64,000 nucleotides of DNA from Octopus bimaculoides (taxonomy: Eukaryota). The notes under the pieces were generated by a model, which saw nothing but the letters and a program-made list of their open reading frames with translations, had not been told where the DNA came from and did no database searches. Shown one piece after another: positions 38,016-50,646 of this stretch (positions are counted from its first letter, which is position 1; the number at the start of each line of letters is the position of its first letter). The stretch is taken from NCBI RefSeq assembly GCF_001194135.2, contig NC_069003.1, positions 22,446,075 through 22,510,074 on the forward strand, written 5' to 3'. The translations under genes and the position numbers were made by a program.

Positions 38016-38022
38016 CCGGAAG
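38016..38022 (+). promoter_or_regulatory. ETS-type motif CCGGAAG near the probable BTBD9 5' end
   Basis: Motif 28 nt upstream of the candidate ATG, at the left edge of a CpG-rich domain. Confidence 0.35.
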
Positions 38023-38049
38023 CCTGTTAATTTAATTGGTTTCGGTGTA

Positions 38050-38121
38050 ATGTCGGGCAACAGAGCTGTCCTAGAACCGACATCGTCCTCTGTTGGAGGT
38101 ACTGATGCCAGTTCAGATGAT
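38050..38121 (+). CDS. BTBD9: Probable first coding exon of BTBD9 (MSGNRAVLEPTSSSVGGTDASSDD)
   Basis: ATG with G at -3; upstream in-frame TGA at 37999; donor GAT/GTAAGC in phase 0, matching the ATG-less phase-0 exon at 48553; CpG-rich context. The join is inferred. Confidence 0.55.
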
Positions 38122-39099
38122 GTAAGCATACACTTTAATTATATTTGATTCTTTGTCCTTTCAACCTTCTTATATATTACCTAAGAACTGTTTTACTTTC
38201 TTCTATTTAAAAAAAAAAAAGACGTGGCCACATTTTAACGTTTACTGGTTCTGCTTTCAGTTATAAAGTATGGAATCCCGAACGTGTTATAATTTTACGT
38301 AAACTGTAGTGTTTTCATTTTTTGCGTTGTTAAGATTCTTTACCTTTATTTGTTTGTGTCTAACATTTAAGTTTAATAATGCTGATTCATGGAATTCTTT
38401 CAAAGTATTTATTATTAGTAACGATATTAGTTTAGTGAAATGGCATGTCTACGACTAGGAATCGAAACTTGTCTGCCAACGTGGGAACGTTTAGTGGTCA
38501 TTCGACTAACGAGAAATAGTGGAGCCACGTCTCCCTCAAATAACCCTGTCGTAAGAAAAATTAAAAGGACAGATTGGATCATGTTGTCCTAGATACTCTA
38601 GGGGCACACATTTGACCGTGTGGTTAATAATTTCGTTTCGTTGCTGCGTGTTTTCGGGTTCAATTCCACTTATGGTACTTTAAAATAAACACCTACCATA
38701 GCCTCGAGTCGACCAAACCCTTGGATTGTAATTTGGTTAGACAGAAATTATGTGGTAGTTCTTTCTCAGTTGTTGAGATGTAAATCTAATCCAGTTGAAA
38801 GCCACCACCACTACCTCCTGGCTCTTATTTGCGCTAAATGAGGTCCCTTCTGTTGTAAATATTCAGAGTAGGTGTTTAGTCTGACCTTTTTCCCGTCCCT
38901 GACTAAACTTTAACAAGATATGTTGGTCATCCAGAAACCCCCTGAATTTTTTTTTTAGCAGCAAAGACCGATATCGATCTTGTTTCTATCTCTGTGTCAG
39001 TAGTCACTGATAGCATTTCAGGTGGAGGTCAGAATTGATCCAGTAATCTCTGCCAATTACCTGTAACATGTCATGTTATTTACCAGAAATAATAGTTTC

Positions 39100-39670
39100 A
39101 TTTTCGACGGATTTCTGATTTACGCATCATTAAATCCTAGAAGTTCTACTCTTTTTCGATTTTTTTTAAAAATCGGAGTTTAAAACATGGACAATACGAA
39201 TTTTTTTGTTTAAATTCCTCCCTTGGGTGCATTATCATTCCATTAAATGTGTTTATGAGGAGAAAACTATTGAAAACCTTCAATACATGTCAGAGAGACA
39301 AAGAAACGAGGAAGGTATCGGGTGGTCATCAGATGTTCTAAAGATACCAGCTAAATTGCCCTTAAATCACACAATTTTTTGTGTGCATAATATTACGAAT
39401 TCCCGTGTGTAGAACACAAATTCGCAAAGTTTTCCTGAACCCACCCCCAAGTTACGAAGGGTTGCCGTATTTTAACGTGTATAAGGAACCCTCGTGTATA
39501 AAGAACCACCTTATTTTGGGGGCTTAAAATTTGGAAAAAAGGTTTTGTAAGGGATTATAATACTATCTGTATATAAGAAACTGCCATATTTACTTTACCT
39601 CATTTTTGACAAAAAAGGATTCCTAATACACGTTAAAATGCGGTATATGAGGTGCTTAAACCAGAATTCC
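39100..39670. mobile_element. Truncated, inverted copy of the 45370 MITE with a nested Tc2-like MITE
   Basis: Reverse complement of 39100-39370 matches 45460-45740; TIR end GGTGCTTAAACCAGAATTCC. Confidence 0.7.
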
Positions 39671-42600
39671 ACTTCTACTTCTTACAAATGTTTCTAATTA
39701 AGGTAGCAATTTTTAGCTGNNNNNNNNNNNNNNNNNNNNNNNNNNNNNNNGGGGGGGGGGGAATCAATTTCATCAACCTCAGTGCTTGACTGGTATTTTG
39801 TTATCGACTGCGAGTTGTTCTCGATAGGAAAAACTTACTTTTCATTCTTTCGAGGGCGATAAAATAAAGTACCAGTAAAATATCGAGGTTGATGAAATCG
39901 ACCCATGTCTCTACCCACTAAAATTACTGACTTTGTGGTAAAACTAGAAAATACTATTTTTAATAACGATTTTCTAACTTAGAAAACAATTATTTTATCG
40001 ACTCCGGAAAGATGAAAGGTGATAAGAAACATATAACTAGTAAGAAGAAATTAAACCTTGGGATTTATCAGAAAACAGTAAATTTTAAAATTATTCAGAA
40101 AACATCACTATAAGGCACCAAACATTATTTGCCTACAATATTCCAGTTTTGCCTTATTTTTTTTTACCCCATTTAATTACAGTTGTGAGAGAGGGCTATG
40201 TAAAATATAGGAATAAGTTCCAACCCGAACAACCGTAAAATTTTTTTTAAAGATATGAAACAAAAATAGTTTTAAAGAAAAAATTTATTCATCATCCAGG
40301 AGAAAGAAAAAAAGAACTTACAATAACTTGTCTGAAAATAGCGAATAACATTTGCCTTATAAAATCAAATTTTAGTAAATTTTATTATTAAAAATATTAG
40401 TAATAACTAATATAAATTTTCTTAAAAGACATCTCATTTCGTGGAACCCCGAAAGTATTTTTTCACAGAATCCTAGGGATTAGTTGGATCCCCTTTTTAT
40501 TAACACTGGTTTAGTCAGTCGAGGAATGGTAACTCTCTGATCAAGATCTCTGTGACTTTTGAGAGGAAATTCTACTCCGACCAACCAATCTGGTCCTAAT
40601 GCTGTGATCAACAGTAAAAGGAGCCGCAGACCAAGTTGGGATGTTAAATAGATTTAGTTTATATTTGAAGTGTACAAATACAATTTAGTTTACATTATAT
40701 AAATGTAAACTTTTTATTTTAATATGGAGAATATCTTTTTATTTATTTGCCACACATTTCAAAAAACGCTAAAAAATCGTTTACAAAATTTGGGTGAATG
40801 TATATATATATATGATGATGTTAGAGACTGCAGATTTTCTAATAAAAAGGGGAAAAAAAATAATGTCCACTCAGCTGGGTGGTTGGTGCTAGGAAGGGCA
40901 TCCAGTCATAAAAAAAAAACCCCATGCCAAAACAGACACTGAAGCCCGGTGCAGTCTTCTCCCTAGCCAGCTCCTGTCAAACCGTCCAACCCATGCCAGT
41001 ATGGAAAGCGAACGTTAAATGATGTTGATATATAATACAAAACCACATTAAAATCCAAAACCGAAGTATCTTCCCTTATGTTTGTGTTTTTGGTTTTGGA
41101 TTTGTATTTTAATGTGGGTTTTGTATCATAATGTATCATATGCGTGGCCGTGTGGTTAGATGCTTGCTCCCCAACCACATGGTTCCAGGTTTAGTCTTAC
41201 TGTATGACACCGTGGGCAAATGTCTTCTATTGTAGCCTCGGGCCTACCAAAGCCTTGGGAGTGGATATGATTGACGGAAACTGAAAGAAGCCTGCCCCCG
41301 TAACTTAGCAGTTCGGCAAACGAGAGCTGTAGAATAAGTAGCAGGCTTAAAAAAAAAGTCCTTAGGTCGATTTGTTCGACTAAAAGCCATTCAAGGCGGT
41401 GCTCCAGCATGGCCGCAGTCAATTGACTGAAACCAGTAAAAGATAGACGGTACATTCATTTTTGTTTGAATATGCACGGATTCTATTTTTCATGATTTGT
41501 TGGTTCCCCAAATTTTGTAATACATTTTGTAACGTTTTCATTGATTATTTGAAACTTTGTGGCAAATAAATAAAAGTTATTCTCCGTATTAAAAAAAAAA
41601 AAGGTTTATATATACATAGTTGCATTTTCATTTTTAATAAACTGAAACGACAGCACATTCGTGAAAATCTTTCATAAGTGAAACAACAATATTATTTGAA
41701 GTAATGCTTTCATTATTGTTTTAAAAACCAAGATATTTGGGTTGTATGTCTATGTAAGTTGTATATAATTTAATTTACAAAGCATTGGATTAACACTTCT
41801 TAAAAAACAAAACATTACAAAAAGGTTTGGGGCTACTTAGAGGGTTAAAACCGACAGGTAAACGAATTATGTTACTGCCACTTCAATGTCTCCCTCACCC
41901 AATCTCTAAATATGAGTGTTGTATGGTGTTATTGCTTTATTTTTATGAAAAGTGACAGACGAACTGATATTTAGTTTAAACCATTTATATCTTTGGTTCG
42001 TTTCCCCATCCTCCTTCAGTTTCGAAGAGATGTTGGTCAAGTACTGAAATCAATTACATTTACAGCCAAACAGAAAAGATCAAACACATATATAAAGAGT
42101 GTGTGTGTTTCAAAGTGCAACAAGGTATTTTGGTGACAATAGAACGAAAGCCGCAGTTCCTGAACTTAGTTTCCTTTTGAATTCTTTATATAATTTTTTT
42201 CCAAACATCCTTGGATCCATGTCTTTATTTTTCCTGAATCCATAGTTTGCCGCTTAATTTAAAAAAATATTTTCGTGAGAGAATTTATTTATAAAATATG
42301 TATTGCCTCCCCGCGCCGAACGTGTGGTTTTGTGTTTATATTAACAGCCTTATAATTAAAAATAATATATTGAAAGCAATACAACAATAATATAAGACAC
42401 AACCACATTCACTCACCACTGATTTTACAATTATAATCATTTCACCTGAATTTGAATTTTCGACTCTTCTGGTCCTCCATACATGAAATACGACATCAAA
42501 ATATTTGCTGTTACTTCAGACACGTAAACAGCAGCAATTTCTACAACTTATTCGATCTTTCCATTTTCCAATCCTTTGACACCGAATACAGAAGATCCAG

Positions 42601-43430
42601 TCTCGAACCTTAGCCATAATATATTTTTGTTAACGTTAATAATAACCTCGGAGGTGGGGATGGGGGAGAAAACCACGAAATATCAACCCACTTGACGTTT
42701 CTCTCTCAGTCGTCACAGCAATGTCTGTTGGTGTCTTTGATGCGTCAAACATTTATTATTTTGATTATTTTTACGATTCTGTGATGAGGGAACGACTGGG
42801 AGCAGCCACGATTATTTGTTTACAGTATCTTCATTGCTCTTCAAAATCTCTCCAGTACGGATTAATTGAATCCCATTAAAAATATTATATCAGTCATATA
42901 TCATACCAGATTTCATTACCAAAAATAGACGTCAGATCTTCCTCCTCGTGTTGTTATTATTTATTACTGGCAGTTTTCAGAAAGCGGTGGAGTGTCAGAA
43001 GTAAATATCTATCGGTACTTAGTTGTTATTGGCATGATGAAAAGCAATTTCGTCATGCTGGGGCAATCTAGGACTACGTTGTCAAAATGTGTCCTTAGGA
43101 CATCGCGGGTTGAAATGAGAGAAATTTGGATGTTATTTATAGAAGATGGAACCATCTCATAGAGGCTTCCCAAGGTCAGCCCCTGGTCGAAGGAGCATAC
43201 GATCAAAAGTCTTCTCGCGGCAACCTTCCCGGTGTTTATCATTGCGTATTATTATCATCATAAAGGCTTTGAGCTGGCAGAATCGTTAACACGCCGGACA
43301 AAATGCTTAGCGGAATTTCGTCCGTCTTTTCGTTCTGAGATCAAATGCCACCGGGATCGACTTAGCCTTTCATCCTTTCGGTTTCCATAAAATAAGTACC
43401 TGTCAAGCATTACGAAAGGATTCTTTATAC

Positions 43431-43705
43431 CAGGGGTTTTCAAACTTTTTGACGCGGACCCCTTTATATTTCAGGCTTTACCTTAGGGATCCCCTTATAA
43501 ACGCTTATGAAATTTATACATAAACATTTGCTTAAAATAACATATTTTTACATTTATTTATTTAACAGTATTTAACAAATAGGTTTATTGTCAATTAATA
43601 GAGTTCGATTAAAAAACATATATAAAATCAAATTGCCCACAAAAAGTATTTGCTGTCCACGGACCCCCTGTCTAGTCCTTGCGGACCACAGTTTGAAAAC
43701 CCTTG
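43431..43705. mobile_element. hAT-type MITE with perfect 8-bp TSD
   Basis: TIR CAGGGGTTTTCAAAC / GTTTGAAAACCCTTG; TSD CTTTATAC on both sides. Confidence 0.9.
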
Positions 43706-45369
43706 CTTTATACGACATGGCTATGATTAAAAAGTGATTCGGCTGCTATTTCTAGCAGATATTGTTGATAACGTAAATTCTCGTGAGTTCGTAGCAGTGT
43801 TATCACTTAGATCCTCCCTGCTAAACCCCTTAACTGCAGTATTTAGTTTCAAGACCCCCTTACAATTTTTAATGATTATTAATAAAGCAAACCATTTTGC
43901 GTTAGCTTCCAGAAAGAGGTGAGGAGGGGGCAGTGCCCCGTGAGTGGTGGCAGAGCGGTGGTGGAAGATTGTTGTAATAAGTACTCAGATGAATTATCAC
44001 TTCAGGATTCTCCTCAAACGTAGGATTTAAAAAGATCAGTCAGTGAGTTTAAAGTGAAAACATTAACAATGAGCAAAGATGGGATTGTTTAAAAAGAGGT
44101 TATATATTTTAAATACTGATTAAAAGGTGTGTGACACACTACAGAAAACGACAGCTGGTAAAGAAACCTTTCTCATGGCACCATGGTACTTCTTGATAGA
44201 CCAAACATTTCGGCTGTTTTCGTTTCGCTAGCGCCTGCCACACGAGCACCAACAATTTGACTTCTTTGAAAGTCTGATAGATCTGTCATTTTAATGAATT
44301 TCAATTACCTTTTTCTGATCAGAAAAGAAACAGCAATTTTATCAAAATATATTAAGCAACAATAATAAAAAAAAAATTTTAATTCATAAAAATATGATGC
44401 TATGACGCTAGGTGTTTCCATTATTTTGTCCATCCCCTGTGTTGGTGTGGGTATGTATTGGTGTATGTTGGCCAGGGTGTGTATGTGTGTGTAACTGAGA
44501 TGAGTTTGTGATCTTCCTACCTTCTATAAAGGCCATTATTGACGTAACTAAATTGCTGAATTAGTTGTGTGGTCGTCATTATACAGGTGTCTTAATTGGC
44601 AGGTAGCATTTGTTGTTTATGGCATCTAAAACACCTGATGAATGTATAATAAGTGTAGTTGTATATATATATATATATATATAAATATACAAAATATACA
44701 TACACTTTAAGGCTGTGTGGAATGTATAAAATGTGTTACACGTAATAAATGCTTGACTGAAGGTTTGATTACAATAAGGATATACACCATGTTTTACGAA
44801 CACAGAATAGAGAATAACAGAATCTGTTGGGAATGTGTATACATTGTATGCGTACTGGTCCTGTTTTATAAATCGACGTGGAGAATAATGGAATCTCTGT
44901 GGCATGTTCGTGTATACATTCTACTCGTGTGCTCCTATTGACGTAGAGAAATGTCAACATTCCATCGAAACCTGTCATTTTATTGTTTTTGGTCGTTTAT
45001 TTTGTTTTATATCATACGATATTTGTAAACAATAGCGTCGGTACTTACGTGTTTCCACTGAACCTTACATTTGTTCACTACATTAATAATAGTCAGAAGT
45101 GACTCTAATTCGTGTAGAAAAAATGTTTTGTTCGACGCACTAATTTATCACCAGTATACAATTTTTTTCTTTACTGGTTTGTCATGATTGTGGCCATGCT
45201 GGGGCACCGCCTTCGATTGTTTTAGTTTATTTTCTCGACCCCAGAACTCCGTTTGCTAGTTTATTTTTCCTATTTCGTCTAACCTCTAAGTTACGGGACA
45301 AATTGAGACAACATATATGGTTGGATGTAAACAAACGCGCACGATCTCATACCTACAATAACTTGGACG

Positions 45370-45834
45370 GAATTATGGTTTAAGCACTCCATATAAACCC
45401 TCATAACTTTTAAAAATTTCTTTGGAATTTTTAGAAAAATTTGGCGAATTCTGATCTATGGGCGATTTAACTGTTTTTAGCACATCTCACGACCACCTGA
45501 TACCATTCTCGTTTCTTTCTCTCTGTGACATGTATTGTTTTTCAATATTTTTCTCCCCATAAATACATTTAATGGAATGATGATGCACCCAAAGGTAATC
45601 TATTGCTAGGATTTAAGCCAAAAATTCGAACTGTCTGTATTTTAAACCCTGATTAAAAAAAAAAAAAAAACGTAAAAGAGTGGAACTTTTGGAGGGTTAA
45701 AAAATCTTTAAGAAAGAATTTTTCATTATCGTATGAATTTCCGTAAGTAGAACACAAACTTGCAAAACTTTTCTTAAAATTTTGCAAAATAAAATAGTTA
45801 GGATGGGTTATATTGGGTGCTTAAACCAGAATTC
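45370..45834. mobile_element. MITE with ~30-bp TIR and longer imperfect subterminal inverted repeats, superfamily unassigned
   Basis: GAATTATGGTTTAAGCACTCCATATAA / TTATATTGGGTGCTTAAACCAGAATTC; no clear TSD. Confidence 0.7.
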
Positions 45835-47492
45835 AGCCATAATTTATAAGTGGTTTCACAAAACTTGAAATACTCAATATTTTAGAGTGAACATATTGTA
45901 TTTTATAAATATGACTGCTTTTATTTCACTAAGTTTTAGGTTAGATAAAAATAGGACATTCATCTGTTTAGCATCAGACATGAGTTACAGAAAAACAATA
46001 TGTGCAGGCATGGCTATGTGTGAAGGAGTTTGATTCCCAACCACATGGTTTTTAATTCAGTTCCAACTGCATTGCACATTGGGCAGGTGTCTTCTACTAT
46101 ATCCCTGGGTTGACCAAAGCCTTGTGAGTAGATTTGGTAGATGGAAACTTAAAGAATCCTGTTGGATGTGCATGTGAGTGTATTGGTGTCACTTTGTGTT
46201 GGCATTGTGTTCCTGTACTTCATACAAGTGGTATCACTAATTTTTGTGTGGAAGCATATCCAGAAAATATTAGCTTGCTTGGAAATAGGTGAGGGTTGTT
46301 GACAGGAAGGGCATCTAGTCATAAAAATCTTGTTTCAAAGAATTCCATCTGCCCATGCAAGCATGGAAAAGTGAATATTAAAACAATTGTGTGTGTGCAT
46401 GTATTGCAAGTTATTTGGTAACCCTGCTGATGCTGGTTCCACATATAAAAAAAAAACGACCAGTTCACATTAAAGTTGTTGGCATTTGGAAGGGCATCCA
46501 GCTGTAAAAAGCATGCTAAAGCAGATTTTGCTGGTGCCTTGTAAAAAGCGCCCAAGCCACTCTGTAAAATGGGTGGCATTAGGAAAGGCACCCTGCTGTA
46601 CAGACCATGTCAAAACAGACATAACCAGTGCTGGTGCCACATAAAAAGCACTCAGTCAACTCTGTAAGGTAGTTGTCATTAGGAAGGGCATCCAGCTGTA
46701 GAAACCATGCTAAAACAGTGAAGCCTAGTGCAGTCTTCTACTTAGTCAGCTCTTGTCAAGCCATCCAGTCTCTGCCAGCATAGAAAATGGATGTTAATTG
46801 AATATGATGATATACATAAATTGTGTGTGTATGTTACTATAGGTAGGTATGACCCAAACTTCAGGAATGAATTTGATAAATGGAAACTGTGTTGAAGCAC
46901 ATCATACTGTACCTCTGATTTGAGGGTCTGGGTCTAGTGTTGGCTCAGGGTGTGTCCCACTGAGTTTGCTTGAGACTGTGTAAGTAGTCTGTGGTATACT
47001 CAACCATTCAGTGAGTAGTGAAACCATAATCTGAGTGGTCATTAATGGTGGTAGTAGTGATAATAGTGAGAGAATATTGACAGGATGTATGTCCCATCAT
47101 CTTTAATTTGTTTTAGTCATTCTTAACCTTTTAGCATTCAAACTGGCCAGATCAGGCCCAAATATTCTACCTGTTTTGTGTTCAAACTGGTGAGGTCAGG
47201 CATCTCACAACTACCCTGCAATGTCATTCTAAAATTAAACAAACGCATCATTGAAATCTCAGATCTAGAAGATAATGTCTGATGAATTGAAAGCAATATG
47301 AATAAACAAGCTTTACATTTGACAGAATAATGTGAATGCCAAAGGGTTAAGGGTATACTGGGGCATTTGCTGCTTTGAGTTGACTCTGTTCACAGCAATT
47401 TTTTCTGTTGACTCAATTCATAAGATGTCCAGGAAGCCAGTTGTTGGACTTTTTTGTATATTTATCAATAACTGATGGAAGTTGTTCTAGTT

Positions 47493-47741
47493 CAGTGTTT
47501 CTCAACCAAGTTTTACCTATGGATCCCTTCAATTCCCATTTTACTCGGATGCATCCCCCACCAGCCATTCTGTGTTTAAAAAAAATTATATTTTTATAAT
47601 TAAATATTAGGAATTGTATACAAAAATCTTTAAATATTTTGTGTATTGTAGATGTATAAATAGTTTATTGCACATAAATTTTAACAGCAAAATCTTATAT
47701 GGATCCCCAAAGGCCATATTGACCTCGGTTGAGAACCACTG
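47493..47741. mobile_element. hAT-type MITE
   Basis: TIR CAGTGTTTCTCAACC / GGTTGAGAACCACTG; TSD TTCTAGTT / TTCTGGTT; another copy at 60832-61200. Confidence 0.85.
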
Positions 47742-47766
47742 TTCTGGTTGGTCCTGAATTCTCGTT

Positions 47767-48241
47767 GGTGATGGTGTCACATAAAAAGCACTGGTGAGGG
47801 TGTCATGTAAAAAGCACTGGTGATGGTGTTATGTTAAAAAGTGATGGTGTCATGTTAAAAACTGCTGGTGATAGTGCTATGTTAAAAAGTGCTGGTGATG
47901 GTCCCACATTAAAAAGCACTTGTGATAGTGCCATGTTAAAAATCACTAGTGATGGTGCCGTGTTGAAATGTGCTGGTGATAGTGCCACATTAAAATGTGC
48001 TGGTGATGGTTCCACATTAAAACATGCTGGTGATAGTTCCACATTCAAAAGTGCTGATGATGGTGTGTTAAAAAGCGTTGGTGATGGTGTCACGTGAACA
48101 AGCGCTGGTAATGGTGCCATGTTAAAAAGGGCCAGTGATGGTGCCATGTTAAAAAGGGCTGGTGATGGTGCCATGTTAAAAAGAGTTGGTGATGGTGCCA
48201 CATTAAAAGGCACTGGTGATGGTGCCACATTAAGAAGTACC
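47767..48241 (+). repeat. 27-bp minisatellite, about 18 units (GGTGATGGTGCCATGTTAAAAAGCACT)
   Basis: Units counted by eye; runs directly into a family B retroelement 3' end (48241-48396). Confidence 0.9.
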
Positions 48242-48552
48242 CAGTATACTCTGTAAAATGGTTGGCATTAGGAAGAGCATCCAACTGCAGAAACCAATCC
48301 AAAACAGACTGTGAAACTTGGTGCAGCCCTGACCTTGTCAGTTCCTGTGAAGCCATCCAAACCCATGCCAACATGGAAAATGGACATTAAATGATGATGT
48401 GTTGTTATTAGTGTCAGGTGATACCTGATTGAATAGACTAATGATCAATAGTATTCCAGCTATAACCATCTCGTCTTTTATTGTGTGCATGATTAACTCC
48501 TTTTGATAATTACTACAGCTGCTTTGGAACACAACTTTTTTCCTATTTGCAG

Positions 48553-48767
48553 TGGTTGACTCGAAGAGGACTGAATTTACAGACCCCTGAACATTACCTG
48601 AGACGATCAGCTTTTCCCTCGGGGATTGTAGATCATGTTAACTCACTGTCGGAGAATCTTGCTGATTTGATTGAAAAGTCGGAGTTCAGTGACATAGTGT
48701 TGTGTGTAGAAGGCATTAACTTTAAATGTCATAAAGTCATTTTGGCTGCAAGATCGGAATATTTCAG
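48553..48767 (+). CDS. BTBD9: BTBD9 exon, BTB N-half (...GIVDHVNSLSENL...FSDIVLCVEGINFKCHKVILAARSEYFR)
   Basis: TTGCAG/GTTTGT; BTB motif SD+.L.V....F..HK.ILAARS.YF and BTBD9-specific IDHV..LSE. Confidence 0.93.
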
Positions 48768-50646
48768 GTTTGTTACCATTTTAATTTTTAAAAAAATATA
48801 TTTAAAATGAAAAAAAGTTTCTTTTTAGTTGACTTTGACTAACTTTTGTCTTTTATCCACTAGGTTTTGGTAAAATTAAATATACCAGCTATGCACCAGG
48901 CTCACTTTAATTAACTATTTGCATTAAAAAAATACTTTGTTTTTATCATTATATCAATCAAATATTGGGCTTGATTTTATATTTTGTCCTTCCAAGATTG
49001 ATAAAATAAAGTACTGGTTAAGTAGTTAGGTGGTACATTATTGAGTTCAATATATTTTTGCCTCAAAATGAGTTAAACTGGTAAACAAAAATGTTCCTGG
49101 TTTTCTTTTATAGTTTAATATTTTAATATCCCTTTACTTTACAACCTTTTGATAAAACAGCTTCCATTTATTTTCTTTTTGTAATTTTTAAAGTTTTGTT
49201 TTATGGTTAAGGTTAAGCTTTATTAAACAAATCACAAATACTTAGAGATTAGATTAGTAACAAATAATCTGATGATTCACATTAAAGCTTTAAACATCTA
49301 ATTAGTCTAATTACATTTAGATATGTATCAATTTCTCTGTATGATTTCAAAGAGTTGGAATCAGAGGTTTTGTATCACAATTCTACAGAGGTAGTTTGAG
49401 CAGGTATTTCTTAGTTACCATCTTCAGTTAGAGAAAGGAGAGAGGCAATGTTGGATTCTTTTACGATGTTGGCATTGGTGAAATTGAGGTATTTGATGTT
49501 TGGTTTAGTGGGGAAACGGGTGAGATGGAAATTCTTAGGGTTACAGTTCTAGAGAGAAAGAACCAGGTGAGGTATTTAGAGTGGGTGGGGAGGTAAACAT
49601 AGAGAGACACAATACAAGCAAAATGAGGCAGTAGTGGTCATGGCTGGATTGAGGGTTTCTAATCTGATAGGATGGAGGAACAGAGGCTGTTGAAGTAGAA
49701 AAGAAAAGAAACTGAGAGAAAATAGTGTGTCTGTGAAGAGATTGTTGTCTAGCTCCAAATCAGCCTTCAGTGAGCAGGCCTATAATTACAGGTATTCCAA
49801 TCATGACCATCTCTATTTATTTAATACTACATTATCCAATGTGTCCTTTGTTTTTTGAAGAAAGTAGGGTAGGATTTGAGAAGATCTAGACACTGTTTCT
49901 AACAGTTTGAAGACCATGTAGATGCAGCTATGTTAGTTCCCAGGGTTATTATGAATTGGTTTGTGGGTCTTTTGCTAATCATTTACATGGTATGACATGT
50001 GTGGTGTAAGATGTTAAGGTTGCAAACTTTAACCCTTAAAAGCATTTAAACTGGCCATATCTGGCCCAAATATTCTTTCTGTTTTATATTCAAACTGACC
50101 AGATCCTGCTTCTCACATCTACCCCACAATGTCATTCTAAAAATAGACAATTACATCATTGAAATCTCAAAGCTATGAGACAATGCATTAGTAACTCAAA
50201 AGAACGTGACTATATAAACATTAGATTTGACAAAGTAATCTGAATGCTAAAGGGTTATGTTTTAAACTATGGTCCCACTCTGAGTGCCTTTGAGTATTAT
50301 CTTCTGCAGAGAGTGGACTCTGTTGTATCCATTTGAACCAGGATCTCTAGTTTGGGGATAAGTAACTGATATCATGGTGTACAGCTTTCTACTCAGAAAC
50401 TTTTGAATCCAAGGTTTCATTTTCTCCTCTCACCATCAATGTCAATCTCTAATTTGAGAATAAGTAACTGATATCATGATGTACTGCTTCTTACTAGAGA
50501 AACTTCTGAGTCAATGTTTCATTCTCTCTCACCATCAGTGTCAGGTCCTCCTCTCCCAAGGGACATGGGTACTTGCTTTCTTTGTCTCACTAAACCATAA
50601 AATAAATGTATTTGTTGTCTCTGATTATTTCTTTTTAATTCAACAG

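Noticed and set aside
37979-38121. Continuous signal-peptide exon for BTBD9
   Set aside because: On exact reading, an in-frame TAA at 38033-38035 interrupts it; kept only as a uORF observation.
47767-48241. CRISPR-like array, or repeat protein (NMAPSPALF)n
   Set aside because: Units are contiguous with no unique spacers, no cas genes, eukaryotic context; the ORFs are by-products of a 27-nt period.
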